This document shows, one piece after another, positions 41,648-50,746 of a stretch of DNA of 64,000 nt. The stretch's first letter is position 1. Each line of letters starts with the position of its first letter. The position numbers and the translations under genes are program-made. The notes below the pieces were generated by a model. The model was given only the letters and a program-made list of their open reading frames with translations, ran no database searches and had not been told where the DNA came from. The stretch spans positions 480,001 to 544,000 of the forward strand of contig CBDIIB010000004.1 in assembly GCA_965279525.1 (NCBI GenBank), read 5' to 3'. Source of the stretch: Tagaea sp. (GTDB taxonomy: Bacteria > Pseudomonadota > Alphaproteobacteria > CACIAM-22H2).

Positions 41648-41718
41648 TCTCGTCAACTATAAAGCAGAATCAAGAACTTGGAATGTTGACGGTAAACTCT
41701 CGTCAACTGCCGTCAACT
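41648..41718. repeat. Cluster of CGTCAAC motifs around an IHF consensus box
   Basis: CGTCAAC at 41651, 41701 and 41711; inverse GTTGACG at 41685; AATCAAGAACTTG (WATCAANNNNTTR) at 41668-41680. Confidence 0.65.
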
Positions 41719-41736
41719 GAAGTTTGCGGTGCCGTT

Positions 41737-42861
41737 CTAGCGCTTCCGGCGGAACTGCTTGGCCAGAGTCAGACCCTGGCGCTGGTAATTGGAACCGATA
41801 CCCATTCCGTAAATCCTGTCGGGAACCGCCGTCAGGTGTTCGAACGCGAAGCGGCCGACGACCTGGCCGTGCTCGAGCAGGAACGGCACGTCGTGCGAGC
41901 GCACCTCCAGCACGGCGCGCGTTCCCTGGATGTCGTTGGCGCCGTAGCCGAAGCCGGGATCGAAAAAGCCGGCGTAGTGGATGCGGAACTCGCCGACCGA
42001 CGTGTCGTAGGGAACCATCTCGGCCGCGTAGGCATGCGGCACGCGGATCTTCTCGCGGCTGACGAGGATGTAGAAATCGTCGGGATTGAGCACGAGCGAG
42101 CGCAGCCTGTTGCGCTTGAGCGGCTCCCAGAACTCGGCCGGGTCGTAATGGCCGATCTTCGAAAGATCGACGAGCGGCGTGTTGTGGCGCGCGCGGTAGC
42201 CGATCGTGTCGCTGTCAGGCCCTTCGAGATCGATCGAGATCCACAGGCCCTGGCCGATCTTGGCGCGCTCGCGGTTCTCGTCCGGTGCGAAGACCAGCCC
42301 GAGCTTCTTGTCGAGAGCGGCGAGCGCCTTGTCGGAAAAGTCGGGTGCACCGCGGCGCAGGCGCAGCTGGTTCAGCGCCTGGCCGGTGCGCGCGAGGATC
42401 GAGAAGGTGCGCGGGCTCACTTCCAGATAGAGCGGACCTTCGTAGCCGGCGGGCACCTTCTCGAACTCGCGCACGCCGTCGCACAGCAGGCGCGTGAAGA
42501 TGTCGAGCCGGCCCGTCGTGCTCTTCGGGTTTGCCGTACCCGCGATGTCGGCGGGCAGCTTCAGGCGTTCAAGCAGCGGGATGATGTAGACGCAGCCGCG
42601 TTCGAGGACAGCACCTTCGCGCAGGTCGACGCTGTGCATCTTCAACCGGTCGAGCTTGCTTTTGACCGTGTTGCCGATGCCCGGCATGAAGCCGGCGGCC
42701 ACGCGATAGGCATGCGTGCCGAGGCGCAGGTCGATGCTGGCAGGCTGGATCTGGTCGTCGGCCACCGCGATGTCGGCTGCGATACGGCCCTGGGCGACAT
42801 AGGCGCGATAATCCTGCGAGGGCAGGATTCCGGCAGGGGAAGGACGGCGCGTCTTGCTCAA
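41737..42861 (-). CDS. dcd: 2'-deoxycytidine 5'-triphosphate deaminase (long alphaproteobacterial type)
   Basis: QIQPASIDLRLG, ANPKSTTGRLDIFTR, HYAGFFDPGFG, SNYQRQGL. Confidence 0.9.
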   Translation of the reverse strand: MSKTRRPSPAGILPSQDYRAYVAQGRIAADIAVADDQIQPASIDLRLGTHAYRVAAGFMPGIGNTVKSKLDRLKMHSVDLREGAVLERGCVYIIPLLERLKLPADIAGTANPKSTTGRLDIFTRLLCDGVREFEKVPAGYEGPLYLEVSPRTFSILARTGQALNQLRLRRGAPDFSDKALAALDKKLGLVFAPDENRERAKIGQGLWISIDLEGPDSDTIGYRARHNTPLVDLSKIGHYDPAEFWEPLKRNRLRSLVLNPDDFYILVSREKIRVPHAYAAEMVPYDTSVGEFRIHYAGFFDPGFGYGANDIQGTRAVLEVRSHDVPFLLEHGQVVGRFAFEHLTAVPDRIYGMGIGSNYQRQGLTLAKQFRRKR

Positions 42862-42989
42862 TCAGGTAATCCCGCAAAGTCGCGACGGGCGGGAATCGCC
42901 GGTCGCGGGCGGGACAAGCTAGTTCAACGGCAAAGATGCGTCGAGGCCGTCAAGCCGGGGACGCCATGCCTGGCATCCCCGGCCGGAAA

Positions 42990-43226
42990 TCAGGCGGCGA
43001 CGGTCTGGTCCTGCTGGATGATGGCGCTGCCCGGACGGATGCTGTTGCGCGGGCGCAGGGTCCGGCGGGGGAGTGCCGGGCCGCGCACGGCCAGCAGTTC
43101 GCGCTTGGCGTTCTCGAGCACCGAGTGGATGCGGGCATCCTCGCGGTCGATCACGTCCATGGCGGTCAGCTTGTTGTCGATGAGATCGAGAAGGGTGTCG
43201 ATCACCGGGCGGGAAATGGAAGACAT
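42990..43226 (-). CDS. Small hypothetical protein (78 aa)
   Basis: GAGGAG upstream; amphipathic helical core (IDTLLDLIDNKL..MDVIDREDAR). Confidence 0.75.
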   Translation of the reverse strand: MSSISRPVIDTLLDLIDNKLTAMDVIDREDARIHSVLENAKRELLAVRGPALPRRTLRPRNSIRPGSAIIQQDQTVAA

Positions 43227-43340
43227 GGGTCCTGGCTCCTCTGGGTCCGTAAATCCGACTTTTTGCGCCGAAAACGGCTTCTGGTCCTTTGTGTCGGGCG
43301 ACCTTTCTCAGGCCGCGTGCATATAGATTTGCGCCCTATT

Positions 43341-43357
43341 GGTTAACAATCCATAAA
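43341..43357 (-). promoter_or_regulatory. Near-consensus CtrA box
   Basis: Minus strand TTTA-TGGATTG-TTAACC, one mismatch to TTAA-N7-TTAAC. Confidence 0.55.
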
Positions 43358-43480
43358 ACTTGGTCAAAATTTTGAATTAACTGAATCGGCATTTTAATCG
43401 TGTTGCGCCCAAAGCACAGGACGGCCCCGGAGCCACGCCCCGGCAGGCGGCATAAATCGTGGCGGGACAGGCGCTTCGCG

Positions 43481-43509
43481 TTGACACCGGGGGCCGGCCC
43501 CCGTAGAAG
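43481..43509 (+). promoter_or_regulatory. Putative sigma70 promoter of tRNA-Ser
   Basis: TTGACA-N17-TAGAAG. Confidence 0.6.
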
Positions 43510-43547
43510 CCAACCAGCATATGCCGTGTGATTTACCCACTCCCGGC

Positions 43548-43639
43548 GGAGGGGTGGCCGAGTGGCTGAAGGCGGCAGTTTGCTAAACTGTTATGCGGGG
43601 AAACCTGCATCGTGGGTTCGAATCCCATCCCCTCCGCCA
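43548..43639 (+). tRNA. tRNA-Ser(GCT)
   Basis: Acceptor stem GGAGGGG/CCCCTCC plus GCCA; anticodon loop TTGCTAA; long variable arm; GGTTCGAATCC. Confidence 0.97.
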
Positions 43640-43671
43640 TTCTTGTTCCCCTGTTCGAGGTGCGGGCACCC

Positions 43672-44292
43672 GTGATCCTGATCGGCCAATACGACTCGCC
43701 CTTCGTGCGGCGCGTGGGCATCGCGCTCACGCTCTACGAAATGCCGTTCGAGCATCGGACCTGGTCGGCCTTCAAGGACGCCGATCGCCTGCGCGAACTC
43801 AATCCGCTGTGCCGGGTGCCCGCGCTGGTGCTCGACGACGGCACCGTCCTTGCCGACAGCCACGCGATGCTCGACCATCTCGACGGGCTCGTCCCCGCCG
43901 ATCGGGCGATGTTCCCGCGTGCCGAACCCGAGCGGCACAGGGCGCTGCGCGTCGCGACGCTCGCGACCGGGCTCGGCGACAAGGCGGTCAGCCTGTTCTA
44001 CGAATTCCGGATGCACAGCGAAGTGTCGCAGATGTGGGCCGACCGGTGCCGTGCGCAGATCCTTTCCACACTCGCGGTGCTCGAAGCTGAGTGCCCGGCA
44101 GCCGGCTACTGGTTCGGCGGACGCATCGGGCATGCCGACATCGCCATCGCGACGGTGCTCCGCTTCGTCGTCGAAGCGCATCCCGGCCTGTTCGTGCCGG
44201 GCGACCATCCGGCACTCGCCGCACACGCCGCACGTCTCGAAGCTCTGCCGGTCTTCCGGCAGGTGGCGCAGACGTTCAAGCCACCTTCCTGA
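43672..44292 (+). CDS. Glutathione S-transferase family protein
   Basis: GQYDSPFVRR, NPLCRVPAL, DSHAMLDHL, HADIA. Confidence 0.9.
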   Translation: MILIGQYDSPFVRRVGIALTLYEMPFEHRTWSAFKDADRLRELNPLCRVPALVLDDGTVLADSHAMLDHLDGLVPADRAMFPRAEPERHRALRVATLATGLGDKAVSLFYEFRMHSEVSQMWADRCRAQILSTLAVLEAECPAAGYWFGGRIGHADIAIATVLRFVVEAHPGLFVPGDHPALAAHAARLEALPVFRQVAQTFKPPS

Positions 44293-44301
44293 ACCGGGCA
44301 G

Positions 44302-45294
44302 CTAGCCGGCGATGACGGGCGGCGGTGCGGATCGGCGTTCGCGCCACTGGCTCGGCGACGTTCCGACCGCGCGCTTGAAGGCGCGGCTGAAAGCCGCTTC
44401 CGACTCGTAGCCGACTTCGCCGGCCACCTGCGCGATCGGTGCCTTGCCATCCGCCAGCATCGTGGAGGCGAGCTGCATTCGCCACAAGGTGAGGTACTGC
44501 ATCGGCGGCTTGCCGACATGGCGCAGGAACCGCTCGGCCAGCGACGAGCGCGACAACCCGGTGTCCCTTGCCAGGCGTTCGAGGCTCCAGGCCTGCGCCG
44601 GCGACTGGTGCAGGAGGCCGACCGCGCGGCCCACATGCCGGTCCCTCAGGCCCGTGAGCCAGTTGGCGCTGTCGTCGGGCAGGCCCGCGAGATGATCGCG
44701 CACCAGATCGATGAACATGATCTCGCTGAGCTTCGCGAGCATCGAAGCGCCGCCGGCCCGCTTCTCGTTCGCCTCCAGCGTGGCGAACCTGGCGAAGCGG
44801 TCGATCCAGCCGCCGTTCTTGTCGCCGCGCATGTGCATCATGCGCGGCAGGGCGCTTAACAGCGGGTTGAACGGCCGCGCATCGAACCCCAGGAAGCCGC
44901 AAACGATGTGCCCGCGAGTCCCGCCGCCGCCGATGCGCACGATCGCGGGCAGGGCGCGCGGTGCGGCCGACGGGCGGCAGCTGTCGACATCGGGCGAAGA
45001 ACGCATGCCGGGAGCGCTCGACAGGATGTGCGCGTCGCCCTGCGGGAACGCGACGACGTCGCCGGCGGAAAGCCGCACCGGCTCCCAGCCCTTGTCGTAG
45101 AGCGAGGCCCAGCATTCGCCCTGCGTCACCACGTGATACTCGATGACATGGTCGCAGCCCGGAAGGATGGAGGGGCCGACCATTGCCGATGGCATCGCCT
45201 CGGCGACCCATGGCGTGCTCAGTTCCACATCGATGAACAGCGCCTCGCGCACGCGAACGGCACGAAGGACATCGGACAGCGGATCGAAGCTCAT
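44302..45294 (-). CDS. AraC family regulator with N-terminal cupin domain (copy 1)
   Basis: DPLSDVL...YHVV..GECW; C-terminal SRSSLAERF...YLTLWRMQ...VGYESEAAFSRAFKR. Confidence 0.92.
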   Translation of the reverse strand: MSFDPLSDVLRAVRVREALFIDVELSTPWVAEAMPSAMVGPSILPGCDHVIEYHVVTQGECWASLYDKGWEPVRLSAGDVVAFPQGDAHILSSAPGMRSSPDVDSCRPSAAPRALPAIVRIGGGGTRGHIVCGFLGFDARPFNPLLSALPRMMHMRGDKNGGWIDRFARFATLEANEKRAGGASMLAKLSEIMFIDLVRDHLAGLPDDSANWLTGLRDRHVGRAVGLLHQSPAQAWSLERLARDTGLSRSSLAERFLRHVGKPPMQYLTLWRMQLASTMLADGKAPIAQVAGEVGYESEAAFSRAFKRAVGTSPSQWRERRSAPPPVIAG

Positions 45295-45421
45295 CGACTT
45301 CTCTCCCGGTGCTTCGCCATCGTCAGCCGGCTGGACGACTTCCCGAACAGGCGGCGATCAGGATCGGCCATCCCGGGCCGGCGATCAATATTCGATTGCG
45401 GGATGCCCGGAAGGCGCAGGC

Positions 45422-46417
45422 TCACGGCAAATGGACGGCTGCGGCAGTCGCCCGCCGTTCGCGCCACATGCTGGGAGACATGCCGACGGCACGCTTGAAC
45501 GCCCGGCTGAAGGCCGCCTCGGACTCGTATCCGACATTGCCGGCAATCTCCACGATCGGCACGTTGCCGTCGACCAGCATCGAGGATGCGATCTGCATGC
45601 GCCACAAGGTCAGGTACTGCATGGGCGGATGTCCCACATGGCGCTGGAAACGTTCGGCGAGCGACGACCGGGAGAGGCCGGTCTCCTTCGACAGGCGCTC
45701 GAGGCTCCATTCTTCGGCCGGCGACTGATGCAGCAGGCTGACCGCCCGCCCGACATGGCGGTCCTTGAGGCCCGCGAGCCAACTCGTGCTGGAGTCCGGC
45801 AGAGTGGCAAGATGCTGGCGCACCAGGTCGATGAACATGATCTCGCCCAGCTTTACGAGGATCGAAGGACCGCCCATGCGCCGTTCGGCGGTCTCCATCG
45901 TCGCGAATTTCATGAATCGGTCGATCCAGCCGCCGCTCTTGTCACCGCGCATGTGCATCATGCGCGGCAGGGCGCTCAGCAGCGGATTGAAGGGCCGCGC
46001 GTCGCAGCCGAGGAATCCACACACGAGATGCACGCCCTCCGGCTCGCTGCCGCCAAGCTTGAAACGCACGGGCAGAGAGTTCGGTACGGCCGGCGGCCGG
46101 AAATTGTCGAGCACGGGATCGGCCCGCATTCCGGGCGTGCTCGACAGCACATGCGCCTCGCCCTGCGGAAAGGCGACCGCGTCGCCGGCGGTGAGCCGGA
46201 TCGCCTGCGCGCCGTCCTCGGCCATCGCAACCCAGCACTCGCCGCTCGTGACAACGTGATAGGCCATCACGTGGTCGACGCCCGGCAAGATCCCGGGACC
46301 GACGACTTGTGAATGCGGGGATTCCGCGACCCACGGCGCGTTTGCCTCGACATCGAAGAACACCGCCTCCCGGAGGCGGACTGCACGCAACACGTCCGAC
46401 AATGGATCGAAGTTCAT
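45422..46417 (-). CDS. AraC family regulator with N-terminal cupin domain (copy 2)
   Basis: Same motifs as copy 1; clear tandem paralog. Confidence 0.92.
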   Translation of the reverse strand: MNFDPLSDVLRAVRLREAVFFDVEANAPWVAESPHSQVVGPGILPGVDHVMAYHVVTSGECWVAMAEDGAQAIRLTAGDAVAFPQGEAHVLSSTPGMRADPVLDNFRPPAVPNSLPVRFKLGGSEPEGVHLVCGFLGCDARPFNPLLSALPRMMHMRGDKSGGWIDRFMKFATMETAERRMGGPSILVKLGEIMFIDLVRQHLATLPDSSTSWLAGLKDRHVGRAVSLLHQSPAEEWSLERLSKETGLSRSSLAERFQRHVGHPPMQYLTLWRMQIASSMLVDGNVPIVEIAGNVGYESEAAFSRAFKRAVGMSPSMWRERRATAAAVHLP

Positions 46418-46585
46418 CGGGGCATCCTTATGTATTCGAACGCATCCGAAAATCGCGATTGCGGAATTTCGATCATGCATTTCAGAGGATCAGTCATTCA
46501 CCTTCGGCGAACGCCATGACATTCCGACACCATGCGCGGATGGCCCGTTTCGGGCATTTTCCGGAGGCACGCAAGGAAATTCATT

Positions 46586-47419
46586 ATGCAATCCACGATC
46601 TCGACTACGGCTGCCGAAGTCCCACCCTTCCAGGCGATCAAGGCACGCCAGCAAAAAATGTGGGCGTCCGGCGACTTCGCCGTCGTAGGCACGACGCTGC
46701 AGATCGTCGGTGAATCGTTGTGCGAAGCGCTCGATATCCGCGCCGGCGAACGCGTGCTCGATGTCGCAGCCGGAAACGGCAATGTCTCGTTGGCCGCCGC
46801 ACGCCGCTTCTGCGAAGTCACCGCGACGGACTACGTTCCCGCACTTCTCGACCGGGCCCGCGAACGGGCGAATGCCGAGCGCCTGCCGCTGAAGATCCAG
46901 GAAGCCGACGCCGAAGCGCTGCCGTTCGCCGACAACAGCTTCGATGTCGTCGTCTCGACCTTCGGCGTCATGTTCGCGCCCGATCAGGAACGGGCAGCGA
47001 AGGAACTCCTGCGTGTCTGCCGGCCGGGCGGCAAGATCGGCCTTGCGAACTGGACCCCGGATGGTTTCATCGGGCAGCTGTTCAAGGTCGTCGGCAGGCA
47101 CGTGCCGCCGCCACCGGGGCTGCAGTCCCCGTCGCGCTGGGGCGTGGAAGCGAACCTCAAGCAGATGTTCGGCGATCAGGCATCGGTCGGCGGCACGCTC
47201 CGGCACTTCGCGTTCCGGTACCGCTCGGCCACGCACTGGATCGACGTGTTCCGCGGCACGTATGGCCCCGTGCTGAAAGCTTTCGAAGCCCTCGATGCGA
47301 AGGGGCAGGAAGCGCTCAACGCCGGCATCATGGCGCTGATCGAGCGCTTCAACGTTTCGGGTACCCCGTCGGTCGTGGCGCCAGCCGAGTATTTCGAAGC
47401 GGTGATCGTCAAGCGCTGA
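46586..47419 (+). CDS. Class I SAM-dependent methyltransferase
   Basis: VLDVAAGNG, DAEALPF.D.SFDVV.STFGVMF, RPGG; divergent from AraC copy 2. Confidence 0.92.
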   Translation: MQSTISTTAAEVPPFQAIKARQQKMWASGDFAVVGTTLQIVGESLCEALDIRAGERVLDVAAGNGNVSLAAARRFCEVTATDYVPALLDRARERANAERLPLKIQEADAEALPFADNSFDVVVSTFGVMFAPDQERAAKELLRVCRPGGKIGLANWTPDGFIGQLFKVVGRHVPPPPGLQSPSRWGVEANLKQMFGDQASVGGTLRHFAFRYRSATHWIDVFRGTYGPVLKAFEALDAKGQEALNAGIMALIERFNVSGTPSVVAPAEYFEAVIVKR

Positions 47420-47555
47420 ATGTCCCGGCTGCACCGCAAGCAACGCACAATTTCAGTCTTCCTGGTCGTTTTGCCGGACATCCGGCATACAAAGTGTTTA
47501 AATCCTTGCGCTGGCGAAATCATCCTCGAACGGAAATTCGGGGGGAGCTTACGCA

Positions 47556-48026
47556 ATGTCGATCCAGATACTCGTCGACCGGCCGCCACCGTCGAGCGCA
47601 GATCCGCGTCTGCATTCACTCCATGCCTACTGGACCGAAATCCGGGGCCAGCGCCGTTTTCCGGCGCGCGCCGATCTCGACCCGATCGACATTCCCGACC
47701 TGCTGCCGTACCTGTCGCTCGTCGATGTCCGGACGGGCGCTGATCGATTTGTCTATCGCCTGGCCGGAACGATGGTCGTCGACCTGCTCAGGCGCGAAGT
47801 GACCGGGCTTCCGGTCGGTACGGGCGTCAAGCCGACGGAGCTCGAGTCAGTCCTATCGCGCTACCGCCGCGTGGCCGACGAGGGCGTCGCGCTCTACCAT
47901 CACGACCTGACGCAGGAGCAGGCGAACGACTATACCGGGATCGACAGGCTGATGCTTCCGATGGGTGATCGCGACGAACGTGTCGACCTCATCCTCAGCA
48001 TCGTCGTCCGCACGAAGACTGCCTGA
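47556..48026 (+). CDS. Stand-alone PAS-fold protein (PAS_5/DUF1457-like)
   Basis: YW...RG....P.RADLDP, LLPYL, YRLAGT, RLMLP. Confidence 0.82.
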   Translation: MSIQILVDRPPPSSADPRLHSLHAYWTEIRGQRRFPARADLDPIDIPDLLPYLSLVDVRTGADRFVYRLAGTMVVDLLRREVTGLPVGTGVKPTELESVLSRYRRVADEGVALYHHDLTQEQANDYTGIDRLMLPMGDRDERVDLILSIVVRTKTA

Positions 48027-48029
48027 CGC

Positions 48030-48845
48030 TCAACCGGTCTCCTGCGCGTCCGCGACCGCGTAGAGCATGATTCCCGCCGCGACGGAAAGGTTCAGCGAGT
48101 CCGCCCGACCGCGCATCGGCAAGCGAACCAGATGCCCGCAGGCACCGCGCATCTCGGCGCTGAGCCCGCTCTGCTCGGTTCCGTTGACGATCAATGTCGG
48201 TCGCGGATACGCGAGCGTGCGGTAATCCGTCTCGGTCTGCAGGGCGGTCCCCACACATGTTCCCGGCCAGGCACGGACGAATTCGACGGCCGGACCGGCT
48301 TCGGCGGCAAACAGCGGTACCGCGAAGATCGATCCCATCGTCGCGCGCACCGCTTCGGGGCTGAACGGATCGCATGTCGTGCCGATCAGGATCACGCCGC
48401 CGGCACCGACCGCGTCGGCCGTCCGCACGCAGGTCCCGAGATTGCCCGGATCCTTGACGCCTTCGAGCGCCAGCCAGATCGGCGCCTTCGACGGATCGAG
48501 CGCCGACAGCGGCAACACTTTCTGGCGGAACACGCCGATGACGCTCTGCGGATTGTCGCGCTGCGAGATCTTCTCGAGCACGTTGGGCGAGACTTCGAGC
48601 AGCAGCGCACCGGCATCGCCGGCGGCCTTGCGCACGCCCGCCACCGACGGCTGGTCGCGCTGGTCGGCGCGATAGGCCAGCATCTCGGGAACCACGCCAT
48701 GATCGAGCGCTTCGCGCACCGTGCGCGCACCTTCGGCGATGAACTGGCCGGTCTCGACGCGCGCCTTGCGCATGTGGAGCGCCCGGATGTCCTTGATCAG
48801 CGGGTTCGTCGGGCTGGCGATCTCGCGGATGCGCGCACCCGTCAC
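48030..48845 (-). CDS. TrmH/SpoU family RNA methyltransferase
   Basis: DPGNLGT, VRATMGS, GTEQSGL, DSLNLSVA. Confidence 0.93.
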   Translation of the reverse strand: MTGARIREIASPTNPLIKDIRALHMRKARVETGQFIAEGARTVREALDHGVVPEMLAYRADQRDQPSVAGVRKAAGDAGALLLEVSPNVLEKISQRDNPQSVIGVFRQKVLPLSALDPSKAPIWLALEGVKDPGNLGTCVRTADAVGAGGVILIGTTCDPFSPEAVRATMGSIFAVPLFAAEAGPAVEFVRAWPGTCVGTALQTETDYRTLAYPRPTLIVNGTEQSGLSAEMRGACGHLVRLPMRGRADSLNLSVAAGIMLYAVADAQETG

Positions 48846-49765
48846 GGGGCCGCTCCCGGGCCCGACCAGCGGACATAGAGCGACGTCGACAGATGCCGCT
48901 GCTCGCCCTGCTGTGCCACCACCAGTTCGCCCGCCTCGAACGTGCCGCCGCGCGGCAACAGAGCGTCACGCGCCGTTTCGAGCAACGACAGTGCCGACAT
49001 CCGGATCGCGTAGGCGGTCAGCATCAGGAAGGAGGGGCCATCGGCCAGCAGCCGCGCGCAGTCGGCGAGCATCGGTTGCAAGCCTTCCTCGATGCGCCAG
49101 GTCTCGTTCGCCGGCCCGCGACCGAATTTCGGCGGATCGAGCAGGATGCCCTGATAGCGGTTGCCGCGCCGCACTTCGCGCGCGACGAACTTCGTCGCGT
49201 CGTCGCAGATCCAGCGGATCGGCGCCTGCGTCAGGCCGGATGCGGCCTGGTTCTCCTTCGCCCAGGCGATCGCCTTCTTCGACGCGTCGACATGGGTCAC
49301 CTCGTAGCCTGCGGCCGCCGCCACGAGACTTGCGGCACCGGTGTATGCAAAGAGGTTGAGAAGCTTCGGCCGTTCGCCGCCCGCATTTGCGGCACGCGCG
49401 GCCATCCAATGCCAATGCGGCGCCTGCTCGGGGAACAGGCCGACATGGCGGAACGCGGTGAAGCGGCAGGCGAGGGTGGCCTCGCGATAGCGCACCGGCC
49501 ACTCGGGCGGCAGCGGACGGGGAAAGCGCCAGCGTCCCCAAGCATCCTCGTCGTCGCCGGGTTTCGCGTCGCCGGGCTTGGAATCGAAAAAGGCGTCGGC
49601 GTTTTCCCACGCATCCGCCGGGCCCGATGGGGTCCACAGGGCCTGCGGCTCCGGACGCACGAGCGTCAGCCTGCCGAAGCGTTCGAGCTTTCGCCCGCCG
49701 CCGGAGTCGAGAAGCGCGTAATCGTCCCACCCCGAAGTCGCCAGAATTCTAAGCTGCGGTGCCAA
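48842..49765 (-). CDS. SAM-dependent methyltransferase (RlmI/RlmK-like)
   Basis: LLDSG..RKLERFG, HVGLFPEQ, LNLFAYTG, LDPPKFGRG. Confidence 0.88.
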   Translation of the reverse strand: MAPQLRILATSGWDDYALLDSGGGRKLERFGRLTLVRPEPQALWTPSGPADAWENADAFFDSKPGDAKPGDDEDAWGRWRFPRPLPPEWPVRYREATLACRFTAFRHVGLFPEQAPHWHWMAARAANAGGERPKLLNLFAYTGAASLVAAAAGYEVTHVDASKKAIAWAKENQAASGLTQAPIRWICDDATKFVAREVRRGNRYQGILLDPPKFGRGPANETWRIEEGLQPMLADCARLLADGPSFLMLTAYAIRMSALSLLETARDALLPRGGTFEAGELVVAQQGEQRHLSTSLYVRWSGPGAAP

Positions 49766-49807
49766 TTCGTCCGTCCTGTCTCTCGCGTCGCAACACTACC
49801 AGTGGGC

Positions 49808-50746
49808 TTATAGATCCCCAATACGGAAGGAGAAACTGAGAACCTTCGGTACCGTCATCGGCGGCGCGTCGGGCTGGCGCTTGAAGGGCTGGGCCTGACG
49901 CATCGCACCAAGGAAGCTTTCGAGCGCCGTCCGCTGGTCGCGAAGGTCCGGGCGTTGCAGCTCGGCATAGTTCGCGATCATCTTTTCCGGCGCCCACGGG
50001 TCCTGGATGCCGAAGGGCGCGCCCAAGGTCCCGTCGGGATTGAGCTGGAAATTTCCCGATATCACGATGTCCTTGAACCGGGCGGCACGGTAGTCGATCA
50101 GCCACGCGCGGAACACCTGTGCAAGCAGATGGTCGAGCTCGCTCTGGCTTACCTTTTCGCCGACGGGCCCGGACGGCGCCGGCTCGGTTCGCGTGCGGCT
50201 TGCCGAGACTCCCGCCCTCGGCACGACGCGCTCGACCGGCGGCGCGTTGGGTGCGAGCAGCCCGTCGCGGCTTTCCGTATTGCGCGGGGTTGCCGGTGGC
50301 GTCGGTGCCGGCGGGGCTTCCGCGCGCTGGACAGGGCGTGCAGCGCTCGATTGCGGGGCGCTTGTCGCCGTCTCGCGCTGGACCGGTTGCGGCGGGGGCG
50401 GCGGCGGAAGTGCGGCCGCGGGCGGAGAAGGAGGGGCAGGCGGAGGAGGAGGTGGCGCGGGCGGCGGCGCCGGAGGAGGAGGAGGTGGTGGCGGGACGCG
50501 CGGAGGCTCGGGCACCGGTGCCGGTGGTGGCGGGGCAAGGGCCGACTCAGGGACCATCTCGATCGGCACAAACCGCTCGGCATCAGGAAAATCGCGCGGC
50601 TGAAGTTCGATCCACGAAAGCGCGATCAGGAAGTGGAGCAGGAGCGACAGCAGCAATCCGGCGAAGATCGGCCACCGCACGCGCATCGCGTCGTCCGAGA
50701 TGCGGAAGGTCTCGTGCGCCGCTTCGGGAGGCAGCGCCACAGTCAT
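49808..50746 (-). CDS. Membrane-anchored proline-rich protein with TolA/TonB-like architecture
   Basis: TM helix SLLLH, long poly-Pro linker, small C-terminal domain (QV..AW, LNPDG, A..QAQPF). Confidence 0.65.
   Translation of the reverse strand: MTVALPPEAAHETFRISDDAMRVRWPIFAGLLLSLLLHFLIALSWIELQPRDFPDAERFVPIEMVPESALAPPPPAPVPEPPRVPPPPPPPPAPPPAPPPPPPAPPSPPAAALPPPPPPQPVQRETATSAPQSSAARPVQRAEAPPAPTPPATPRNTESRDGLLAPNAPPVERVVPRAGVSASRTRTEPAPSGPVGEKVSQSELDHLLAQVFRAWLIDYRAARFKDIVISGNFQLNPDGTLGAPFGIQDPWAPEKMIANYAELQRPDLRDQRTALESFLGAMRQAQPFKRQPDAPPMTVPKVLSFSFRIGDL

Noticed and set aside
41648-41718. Possible CRISPR array
   Set aside because: Repeats are only 7-11 bp, irregularly spaced and in both orientations; no cas genes in the window
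41626-43326. 566-aa plus-strand ORF starting in the AT-rich repeat region
   Set aside because: Almost entirely antisense to dcd and the 78-aa gene; no family motifs
43548-48026. Intact genomic island integrated at tRNA-Ser
   Set aside because: No integrase and no duplicated tRNA 3' end seen; at most an old ameliorated insertion
50390-50535. GGC/GGA-rich low-complexity repeats
   Set aside because: Explained by the poly-proline linker codons of the TolA/TonB-like gene
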